Source: Geotalea daltonii FRC-32 (lineage in GTDB: Bacteria; Desulfobacterota; Desulfuromonadia; Geobacterales; Geobacteraceae). From it: a stretch of 32,000 nt of DNA. A model generated the notes under the pieces. The model had not been told where the DNA came from and did no database searches. It saw nothing but the letters and a program-made list of their open reading frames with translations. Positions 9,318 through 16,905 of the stretch are shown in pieces. The DNA is taken from the NCBI RefSeq assembly GCF_000022265.1, contig NC_011979.1, positions 3,330,001 to 3,362,000 on the forward strand. Direction: 5' to 3'. Made by a program: the position numbers and the translations under genes. The first letter of the stretch is position 1; each line of letters begins with the position of its first letter.

Positions 9318-9704
9318 TTAGGAGTTATCTGCAAGATGATCTTCGTAGACGTCCGCCGTCATAAGCAGATTTAGTTCCTCCGGATCTGTCATATCGACAA
9401 CCACCAGCCAGCCACTGTCATAGGGATCATCATTGACCATTTCCGGAGTGCCGTGAAGTTCGGAATTTACCTCTTTGACAGTGCCGCTAATAGGCGCATA
9501 TAGTTCTGCAACTGTCTTTCTTGCTTCCACCGAGCCGAACGAGTCATCCTGTTCAAGTTCGTCGCCAACATCAGGAAGATCGACAACCGTTATGGATCCA
9601 AGTTCCTGTTGGGCGTAGTCAGTAATGCCGATGATTCCTCGGTTACCTTCAACTCGGACCCACAGATGTTCTTTGCTGTATTTCAGTTCTTCAGGGCAGT
9701 CCAT
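9318..9704 (-). CDS. gcvH: Glycine-cleavage H-like lipoyl carrier protein
   Basis: 128 aa. The lipoyl-lysine region GSVEARKTVAELYAPISG aligns with the canonical ESVKAxSDxYxPxSG. The start lies 2 nt after the accC stop. Confidence 0.85.
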   Translation of the reverse strand: MDCPEELKYSKEHLWVRVEGNRGIIGITDYAQQELGSITVVDLPDVGDELEQDDSFGSVEARKTVAELYAPISGTVKEVNSELHGTPEMVNDDPYDSGWLVVVDMTDPEELNLLMTADVYEDHLADNS

Positions 9705-9706
9705 TA

Positions 9707-11047
9707 TTACTCCAGAACCATCTTCTCGATGAAACTTGTATCTATGTTCCCTTCTATGAAGTCTTTGTTTGCCATAATGCGCTTGTGAAAGGGAATGGTC
9801 GTCTTAATCCCCTCGATGATGTATTCGTCAAGAGCCCTTGCCATGCGTTTAATGGCATCTTCCCTGGTTTCGGCATGGACTATCAGTTTGGCTATCAGTG
9901 AATCATAGTGAGGCAGCACTGAATATTGGTCATATACAAAGGAATCGACACGGACGCCAAGACCACCGGGGGTATGATAAGAAGTGATCTTCCCTGGACA
10001 GGGAGTAAACTTGGCAGGATCTTCAGCATTGATCCTGCACTCAATGGCATGGCCGTTGATCTTGATATCACTCTGCTTATAACGAAGTTTGTGGCCCGCA
10101 GCAGAACGAATCTGCTCGCGCACGATGTCGACGCCGGTAACCATTTCAGTAACGGGATGCTCCACCTGAACCCTGGTATTCATTTCCATAAAAAAGAAAT
10201 CATTGTTCTTGTCGACAAGAAACTCCATGGTACCGACGCTGTTGTAACCGACGGCTTTTGCCGCTCGAACGGCTGCGTCACCCATGATTTTTCTCAACTC
10301 AGGAGTGCTTACGGTTGAAGGAGCCTCTTCAATTATTTTCTGATGCCGGCGTTGGATGGAGCAGTCGCGCTCGCCGAGATGAATGACATTGCCATGTTTG
10401 TCGGCCAAAACCTGAATCTCCACATGGCGCGGGTTTTCGCAGTATTTTTCGATGTAAACCTCGGGATTGCCGAAGCCGGCTTGTGCTTCCGCCCTTGCTG
10501 TAGCAAAGGCATTGGGCAGTGCCGCCGGGGAATGGACTATCTTCATTCCTCTGCCGCCCCCACCTGCGGTAGCCTTGATTATTACCGGAAAACCGATTTT
10601 CTTGGCAATTTTGACCGCCTCGTTAACATCGTTGACCCCTTCCTTCGTACCGGGAAGAATGGGCACCCCTTCCTTGATGACGGCCTGTCTTGCGCTGATC
10701 TTATCCCCCATCAGGCGCATGCTCTCAGACGATGGGCCGATAAAGGTTATACCACATTTTTCGCAAATTTCAGCAAAAGCAGCATTCTCCGAGAGAAACC
10801 CGTATCCCGGATGAATTGCTTCTGCATCGGTCAATTCCGCGGCGCTGATTATGGCATTTATATTCAGATAACTATGGATACTTGGTGCAGGTCCGATGCA
10901 GACACTTTCATCGGCAAGCTTGACATGCAAAGACTCGCTATCTGCAGTGGAAAAAACGGCAACCGTCTTAATTCCCAACTCTTTACAGGCCCTGATTATA
11001 CGAAGGGCAATTTCGCCACGGTTTGCAATGAGCACTTTATGGAACAT
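9707..11047 (-). CDS. accC: Acetyl-CoA carboxylase biotin carboxylase subunit
   Basis: 446 aa beginning [26 protein letters not shown]. The ATP-grasp blocks are [21 protein letters not shown] and related motifs. Confidence 0.95.
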   Translation of the reverse strand: MFHKVLIANRGEIALRIIRACKELGIKTVAVFSTADSESLHVKLADESVCIGPAPSIHSYLNINAIISAAELTDAEAIHPGYGFLSENAAFAEICEKCGITFIGPSSESMRLMGDKISARQAVIKEGVPILPGTKEGVNDVNEAVKIAKKIGFPVIIKATAGGGGRGMKIVHSPAALPNAFATARAEAQAGFGNPEVYIEKYCENPRHVEIQVLADKHGNVIHLGERDCSIQRRHQKIIEEAPSTVSTPELRKIMGDAAVRAAKAVGYNSVGTMEFLVDKNNDFFFMEMNTRVQVEHPVTEMVTGVDIVREQIRSAAGHKLRYKQSDIKINGHAIECRINAEDPAKFTPCPGKITSYHTPGGLGVRVDSFVYDQYSVLPHYDSLIAKLIVHAETREDAIKRMARALDEYIIEGIKTTIPFHKRIMANKDFIEGNIDTSFIEKMVLE

Positions 11048-11098
11048 CTAAAGGATCTCCATTATTATTGACATTTGAGGGGTAAAAACATTCTGCAA

Positions 11099-11566
11099 TT
11101 ACAGTGGCTCCACTGTAAACAGGCACTCTCCGAACTCGACAGGCTGTGCATTTTCCTTGCAGATCTTGATAATTTTGCAACGGAACTCCGCCTCAATCTC
11201 ATTCATAAGCTTCATTGCTTCGACGATGCATAGAACCTGGCCTTTTTCAACTATCTGCCCCACTTCAACATATGGTGCGGCATCCGGTGCAGGTGCACGA
11301 TAGAAGGTTCCTACTATGGGGGATGGTACTTTCTGACCTTTTTCTGCTCCCGCAGCAGGCGCAGGTGTCACCTCGCCGGATGCAGAAGGAGCTGGTTGGT
11401 GAATGGGTGGAAACTGGGCTTGAGCAACGGGTGGCTGATAGTGAATGACCTCTGAAGTCACTCCACGCTTTATCCTGATTTTTTCATCTGCACTTTCCAG
11501 TTCAAATTCGGTGATGTCGGTCTCCGTTACCATTTTGACCAATACTTTCAAGTCCTTTATATCCAT
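11099..11566 (-). CDS. accB: Biotin carboxyl carrier protein
   Basis: 155 aa with a Pro/Ala-rich linker and the biotinyl-lysine motif CIVEAMKLMNEIEA. Confidence 0.95.
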   Translation of the reverse strand: MDIKDLKVLVKMVTETDITEFELESADEKIRIKRGVTSEVIHYQPPVAQAQFPPIHQPAPSASGEVTPAPAAGAEKGQKVPSPIVGTFYRAPAPDAAPYVEVGQIVEKGQVLCIVEAMKLMNEIEAEFRCKIIKICKENAQPVEFGECLFTVEPL

Positions 11567-11624
11567 TGCCTTCTTCTCCTTTGTCTTTGATCTCTGGAAT
11601 AGTCACATCAGATGTAAACCGAAT

Positions 11625-12698
11625 TCATACGACCTGCAGTACTTTTGGCACCTTGGTCAAAACATCACAACCGTCGACTGTAACGGCAACGGTGTCTTCA
11701 ATCCTGACACCACCCCATCCTGGAATATAAATCCCGGGCTCGATGGTAAATACCATTCCTTCTTCTACCACACCGTCATTGCGAAACGATACTGTGGGAG
11801 ACTCATGAACTTCAAGACCAACGCCGTGTCCTAACCCATGACCAAAATTACTACCGAAACCAGCTTCGGTAATGTAATCCCGGGCCAGTGCATCGAGCGC
11901 CTTGAAGGTTATACCCGGCTTAACCGCCGCCATAGCCAGGTCATGAGCATCCTTGACTATCGAATAAATCTGCTCCTGACGAGCGTCAGTCCTTCCCACA
12001 GCAAAAGTGACTGTCTCGTCTGAAAAATACCCTTTATATACCGCGCCAAAATCTATAGTGACCAGTTCACCTGCAGCAATTGCCTTGTCGCTTGCTTTGC
12101 CGTGTGGCAACGCCCCCCTGGTCCCGGATGCCACTATGAAATCAAAAGCCTTTTCTTCGGCACCCGCATTCTTCATGGCAAATTCAAGGGCCAGGGCTAT
12201 CTCATGCTCGGTTACCCCAGGTTTAATCAGGCTGATCATTTCCAGCAGTGCATTGGATGCAATTTCGGCACTTGCTGCCAGGATATTTATTTCATCTGCA
12301 TCTTTTACCGCACGCAGCAATTCAACCTCTTTGCCTGCAGGAACCAGCCGTACATCCGGCAATGCTTTAGACAGCTCGTTAAAAAGAGCGACCGTCGTAT
12401 GCTCTGCATCAAAGGCAATTCGCCGGGCAGGAATGCCCTTGACCAGAGAAGAAATTCCATCAATCTGGCTGCGGTATTCAATAATGCTACAGCCACTGAT
12501 TTCTGCGGAAGCCTGGGTTGTATAGCGGGAGTCAGTGAGGAACCAGCAGTCTTCTTGTCCAAGAATCAGCACACCTGAACTGCCGGTAAAACCGGTAAGG
12601 TATCTGATTGTGCTCAGACCGAAAAAGATAAGAATATCAACATCTAATAGCTTCAAATGCCGCTGCGCGGAAAAGATTCTGTCTTTTAGCATAATCAA
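11625..12698 (-). CDS. Xaa-Pro aminopeptidase/dipeptidase (M24B)
   Basis: 357 aa with a creatinase-like N-domain and the metal-ligand block HGLGHGVGLEVHE...IEPGIY...RIED. Confidence 0.88.
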   Translation of the reverse strand: MIMLKDRIFSAQRHLKLLDVDILIFFGLSTIRYLTGFTGSSGVLILGQEDCWFLTDSRYTTQASAEISGCSIIEYRSQIDGISSLVKGIPARRIAFDAEHTTVALFNELSKALPDVRLVPAGKEVELLRAVKDADEINILAASAEIASNALLEMISLIKPGVTEHEIALALEFAMKNAGAEEKAFDFIVASGTRGALPHGKASDKAIAAGELVTIDFGAVYKGYFSDETVTFAVGRTDARQEQIYSIVKDAHDLAMAAVKPGITFKALDALARDYITEAGFGSNFGHGLGHGVGLEVHESPTVSFRNDGVVEEGMVFTIEPGIYIPGWGGVRIEDTVAVTVDGCDVLTKVPKVLQVV

Positions 12699-12712
12699 AA
12701 CCGTAATACAAT

Positions 12713-13147
12713 CTATTTTTTAATGTGATTAAAAATGGCGCGAAGCCCAAGCAGATAACTGTCAGCACCAAACCCACATATCTGGCCTATGGCCATAGGT
12801 GCTATATAGCTTTTTGTTCTGAATTTTTCCCGGTTGTGAATATTGGAAAGATGGACCTCAACTGCAGGCAGTGCGGCTGCGGCAATAGCGTCACGGATAG
12901 CAATGCTGGTATGGGTGTAGGCGGCAGGATTAATAAGAATGCCATCGAACAGGCCAGCAGCGGACTGAATCCGGTCAACCAGTCTCCCTTCCGAATTTGT
13001 TTGAAAGCACTCAATCTCAATACCAAGATCAAGGGCAAGCTGGCTTAGTGCCGCGTTTATATCGTCAAGTGTCAGACTGCCGTATATCTCAGGTTCCCTG
13101 GTGCCGAGCATATTTAGGTTTGGCCCATGTAAAACGAGTATTTTCAT
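12713..13147 (-). CDS. aroQ: 3-dehydroquinate dehydratase, type II
   Basis: 144 aa beginning [23 protein letters not shown], with later blocks [15 protein letters not shown] and [11 protein letters not shown]. Confidence 0.95.
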   Translation of the reverse strand: MKILVLHGPNLNMLGTREPEIYGSLTLDDINAALSQLALDLGIEIECFQTNSEGRLVDRIQSAAGLFDGILINPAAYTHTSIAIRDAIAAAALPAVEVHLSNIHNREKFRTKSYIAPMAIGQICGFGADSYLLGLRAIFNHIKK

Positions 13148-13170
13148 GATCTCTCCAAGACAGAATACCT

Positions 13171-13533
13171 TTATTGCAGAGCTTCAGCAAGTTTTGGAGC
13201 TTCCCGGCGCAGGTAAAAGCGACCTTTGCCGAAGTTCCCGCCACCGGTGATGACAAGGAGGACAAAAAAATCTTCGTTAATCACTCTGGCAATAGCCGTC
13301 GATAGCTCCGTGTTAATGGACACCTCCTGCAGCAGGCCGGATTTCAGAACTTCAACCGTCCCCTTAACCTCCTTCAGCACGGCCGCGTATTCCGCTGTCA
13401 AGAGCTGCAAATCAAAGGGGTTTTCTTTTTTAACAAACTCATCGATTGCAATGCCGTCATAGCCCATGACAACAGCGCCAACGGCCCCCTCTACACTGTC
13501 GACCATCGTCTGCAAGATGTCCTTGAATGGCAT
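13171..13533 (-). CDS. Roadblock/LC7 (MglB-like) domain protein
   Basis: I place the start at ATG 13533 ([33 protein letters not shown]...). GAGGAGG lies upstream, and the ATG shares its A with the TGA of the upstream TPR gene (TGATG). Roadblock pattern: [18 protein letters not shown] ... [18 protein letters not shown]. Confidence 0.72.
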   Translation of the reverse strand: MPFKDILQTMVDSVEGAVGAVVMGYDGIAIDEFVKKENPFDLQLLTAEYAAVLKEVKGTVEVLKSGLLQEVSINTELSTAIARVINEDFFVLLVITGGGNFGKGRFYLRREAPKLAEALQ

Positions 13534-14504
13534 CAACGCCTCCTCTGGATGTTTTCGAGCCATCCTTCCAATGCGGCAACAGGGTCAGAATCATTAGAAA
13601 CAGCTTCTGAATGCTGTTGTGAAGTATTGTCCGGGACAAATTCCACAAGACCTGTTGATAAAGTCTCTACAGGCTGTTGCGCCTCTTTCTCTTGAACTGC
13701 CACGGCTTGCCTTATTTGCAATAAACGCCTTTCATAATGTTTATTGCCAGGCTCGCTTTTCAGCAGTTCCCGGTAAATGGAGAGAGCGGATGGCAGGAAA
13801 CCTTGAGATACATAAAGTTCGGCCAGGGTAGCAGTTTTAAGAGGATCTTTCCGGTCGGTCTCGCTTTCCATGCCAGTTGATAATTCAACTTCATCGGCAG
13901 CATTTTTTTCCAGATGATCGATAATTTCTTCGGTCAGCTCTTCTATAATTTCTACATCATCAAGGGCCAGCTCGCATTCCAAAGCAGTTCCTTGAACAAC
14001 GTCAGTGTCAAACGAAAAAGAGCTGTCTGCAGGCGATCCACTGGAAACGTCTACAGATGAACTGTGGCCGGACTGCAGGGAACTGAGCAGATCCCGGCTC
14101 TCCTTGTCATCGGGATTGAGTGACAGCAGCATCTGCAATGATTGTTTAGCAGAAACCTTATCTCCTGTCTCAAAATAAAGCTGACTCAAAAGCTTTTGCG
14201 CCAGGTGATTTTCAGGAGTCGCATCAATGACTTTTTCCAGAGCAGCCCTGCTTTCCTCTTTCATGCCTTTTTCATAATAAGCTCGTCCAAGAGCCATAAA
14301 TCCGCCAATGTAGCCGGGATGCCTGTCACATCCTTTACTGGCGACAGTAATAGCTTCATCCAGCAGGCCAAGCTTGCGGTAAAGGTCGGCGAGTGGTGCG
14401 AAACAAAATGATTTGGGATCCTTAGCCAGCGTTTCTTCATATTTACCGATGTCAGCCCAGAAGGAAAGCGTATCCTGATCCATTGTCAGTCCCCTATTTC
14501 GCAT
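13533..14504 (-). CDS. TPR-repeat protein with acidic disordered linker
   Basis: 323 aa with several TPR-like helical pairs (LADLYRKLGLLDEAI, LGRAYYEKGMKEESRAALEKVI, LSQLYFETGDKVSAKQSLQ, LAELYVSQGFLPSALSIYRELL). A Ser/Asp/Glu-rich stretch separates them. An alternative start is ATG 14483, 2 nt after the aroB stop. Confidence 0.7.
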   Translation of the reverse strand: MRNRGLTMDQDTLSFWADIGKYEETLAKDPKSFCFAPLADLYRKLGLLDEAITVASKGCDRHPGYIGGFMALGRAYYEKGMKEESRAALEKVIDATPENHLAQKLLSQLYFETGDKVSAKQSLQMLLSLNPDDKESRDLLSSLQSGHSSSVDVSSGSPADSSFSFDTDVVQGTALECELALDDVEIIEELTEEIIDHLEKNAADEVELSTGMESETDRKDPLKTATLAELYVSQGFLPSALSIYRELLKSEPGNKHYERRLLQIRQAVAVQEKEAQQPVETLSTGLVEFVPDNTSQQHSEAVSNDSDPVAALEGWLENIQRRR

Positions 14505-15592
14505 ACTTTCAATAACCGGCCCACATCTTTTACCTTATCAATAATAAAGTTGCCAATATCTTTATTAAAAACAAAACTGAGCCCATCATCTTTAATCTTC
14601 TTGTCATGAAGGATAGCCGCCAGATAGTCATCAGTTTTGAATGCAGGAAGACCTGTGGGAAGATGCAGCTTTGCCAACAGGCTCATAATATGATGGGTGC
14701 TGGATGTTGAAGAAACCCCCATAGCCTCGGAAATCCTTGCTGCCTGGGCCATGCCTATTGAGACAGCCTCGCCATGGAGGAATTGCCTGTAATCAGTTAG
14801 CGTCTCAACTGCATGGCCAATGGTATGCCCATAGTTGAGGACTGCTCGCAGCCCCCCTTCCCTCTCGTCACGCTCGACAATGGATGCCTTTAGCATACAG
14901 GAAGTTTTAACGGCAAACTGAAGGCAGTCTTTATCCCGGTGCAGCAATTTTTCAGCATTGGCGTGCATGAAATCAAAAAATTTCCCATCGAGCACAACGC
15001 CGTATTTGAGCATCTCGGCAAAACCACTGATATATTCACGATCAGAGAGGCTGTCCAGCACGGCAAGATCCATGAGAACGAACTTCGGCTGATAGAAGGC
15101 ACCGATAAGATTTTTCCCCTTATGGTGATTGATGCCAGTTTTCCCCCCCACACTGCTGTCCACCTGAGCAAGTAACGTGGTTGGAACCTGCACGAATGGA
15201 ATACCGCGCAAATAGGTTGCAGCAGCGTATCCAGCCATGTCGCCGATGACTCCCCCCCCGAGTGCTACGATAAAAGAACCGCGATCGAGGCCGTTTTCGA
15301 TCAGTTTGTCGTAGATGAGGTTGAGAGTCTCACTGTTTTTATACTGTTCGCCATCCGGAATTTCTATCTTGCAAACGGAGAAGCCAGCTGAAACAAGAGA
15401 TGCTTCCGCCGGCTGAAAATAATGGGCGCCAATGGTCGGGTTTGTCACGATCGCGGCTTTACGGCCAAGTTTATGCTCAAGACAAAGGAAACCAAGAGAA
15501 TTGAGGTTGTGAGTTGAGATATGTATCGGATAGCTCCGATCTCCTAGCCCGACCTGAATGGCATCCACAACAGAAGAATTATTTTTATTCAT
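14486..15592 (-). CDS. aroB: 3-dehydroquinate synthase
   Basis: 368 aa with Gly-rich NAD motifs (ALGGGVIGDMAGY, VGGKTGINH) and metal ligands (HTIGHAVE..HGEAV). Confidence 0.95.
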   Translation of the reverse strand: MNKNNSSVVDAIQVGLGDRSYPIHISTHNLNSLGFLCLEHKLGRKAAIVTNPTIGAHYFQPAEASLVSAGFSVCKIEIPDGEQYKNSETLNLIYDKLIENGLDRGSFIVALGGGVIGDMAGYAAATYLRGIPFVQVPTTLLAQVDSSVGGKTGINHHKGKNLIGAFYQPKFVLMDLAVLDSLSDREYISGFAEMLKYGVVLDGKFFDFMHANAEKLLHRDKDCLQFAVKTSCMLKASIVERDEREGGLRAVLNYGHTIGHAVETLTDYRQFLHGEAVSIGMAQAARISEAMGVSSTSSTHHIMSLLAKLHLPTGLPAFKTDDYLAAILHDKKIKDDGLSFVFNKDIGNFIIDKVKDVGRLLKVCEIGD

Positions 15593-15611
15593 ATTAAAAC
15601 TCGGGCATTGA

Positions 15612-16793
15612 TCAGAAGTTTTTCAGATATTCCAGATAGCCTGCATAATTGCGCTGCATCTCTTCTATGGAATCACCGCCGAACTTTACCATAAAGGCAT
15701 CGGCAAGTTCAATGGCCAATACCGATTCTGCAACCACCGATGCGGCAGGAACGGCACAAACATCGGACCTCTCCACGGTGGCTTCGAAGGGTTCTTTACT
15801 GACGATGTCCACGGACCGTAGCGGCTTGTAGAGGGTAGGAATAGGCTTCATGGCAGCTCTCACCAGAATATCCTCACCGTTGGTTATCCCCCCTTCAATA
15901 CCGCCAGCGTTGTTCGTCAGCCGGTAATATCCGGTCATGCTTCCTTGGGAAGCACGGGACTGGTCATAAAAGATTTCGTCATGGACATTAGAACCTTTCC
16001 GGGCAGCAGCTTCAAAACCGAGGCCGATTTCGACCCCCTTGAAAGCCTGGATACTCATCATGGCCATGGCGATGCGGGCATCCAGCTTCCGGTCCCACTG
16101 GACGTGACTGCCCAATCCAGCGGGAACCCCGGAAGCGATGACCTCTACCACCCCGCCGACCGTGTCACCCGCAGCTTTTACCTCGTCGATAAGCTTTTTC
16201 ATCTCTCCTTCGACAGCACTGTCGCAAGTATAGAGTTCTGATTTTGCGATGGTGGCACGCAGTTCCGCGGGGCAAAGCTCAGGCCGCTTGGCCTTGATCC
16301 CTCCCAGTTCAGCCACATACCCGCATAAATATATTTCGAAATGCTGGAGGAGTGCCTTAGCAACAGAACCAACAGCAACACGAACCGCTGTTTCCCTGGC
16401 GCTGGAGCGCTCCAGAATATTCCTTACGTCTTTATGGTCATATTTCATGGCGCCAGGCAGGTCGGCATGCCCAGGGCGAGAACGGGTTACATGAATATTG
16501 TCATCCCTGAACCGTTCCTGGGGAGACATCTTTTCCTGCCAATTCGTCCAGTCCCTGTTTTTCACACAGAGAGTGATGGGAGAGCCAATGGTTTTCCCCC
16601 AACGGACGCCAGACAGAATCTCCACCTGGTCCTTCTCAATGGCCATCCTGCCGCCACGGCCATACCCCCCCTGCCGGCGGGCAAGGTCTACATTGATCGA
16701 TTCTTCTGATAGTTTGAGACCGGCAGGAATTCCTTCGATTATAGCGGTCAGTTGCGGACCGTGGGATTCACCGGCTGTTAAGTAACGGAACAT
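15612..16793 (-). CDS. aroC: Chorismate synthase
   Basis: 393 aa beginning [13 protein letters not shown], with later motifs [10 protein letters not shown]-like ([13 protein letters not shown]) and GGISNG-like ([11 protein letters not shown]). Confidence 0.95.
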   Translation of the reverse strand: MFRYLTAGESHGPQLTAIIEGIPAGLKLSEESINVDLARRQGGYGRGGRMAIEKDQVEILSGVRWGKTIGSPITLCVKNRDWTNWQEKMSPQERFRDDNIHVTRSRPGHADLPGAMKYDHKDVRNILERSSARETAVRVAVGSVAKALLQHFEIYLCGYVAELGGIKAKRPELCPAELRATIAKSELYTCDSAVEGEMKKLIDEVKAAGDTVGGVVEVIASGVPAGLGSHVQWDRKLDARIAMAMMSIQAFKGVEIGLGFEAAARKGSNVHDEIFYDQSRASQGSMTGYYRLTNNAGGIEGGITNGEDILVRAAMKPIPTLYKPLRSVDIVSKEPFEATVERSDVCAVPAASVVAESVLAIELADAFMVKFGGDSIEEMQRNYAGYLEYLKNF

Positions 16794-16821
16794 TGTGGCT
16801 CCAAATCCGTAGAATAATTTT

Positions 16822-16855
16822 AAAAAAGAACGCCCACCCGGAACGGATAGGCGTC
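16822..16855 (-). terminator. Hairpin + U-tract ending the xre-pilMNOPQ-lipoprotein transcription unit
   Basis: Minus-strand RNA forms GACGCC-UAU-CCG-UUC-CGG-GUG-GGCGUU followed by CUUUUUUAAAA. It lies 50 nt after the stop of the 1044-aa gene and only about 28 nt before the aroC ATG. The stem is interrupted, so strength is uncertain. Confidence 0.5.
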
Positions 16856-16905
16856 TAAAACAACATCAAACTGGTTTCTGAATGTAGTTTCTTACCCTCC
16901 AGAGA

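Noticed and set aside
10343-11071. 242-aa plus-strand ORF antisense to accC
   Set aside because: accC on the minus strand is unambiguous. The antisense ORF has no motifs or translation signals.
11647-11665. TGGCAC on the plus strand (ttggcaccttggtcaaa) as a second sigma54 promoter
   Set aside because: It has no GC dinucleotide at the -12 spacing, it lies inside the Xaa-Pro peptidase CDS, and no plus-strand gene lies downstream.
15143-15259. C7 (15143..15149) and C8 (15252..15259) homopolymer tracts as possible phase-variation switches
   Set aside because: They encode the conserved Gly-rich motifs VGGKTG and LGGGVIGD of the essential enzyme AroB. The reading frame is intact. A contingency-locus role is implausible, though the tracts are error-prone for sequencing.
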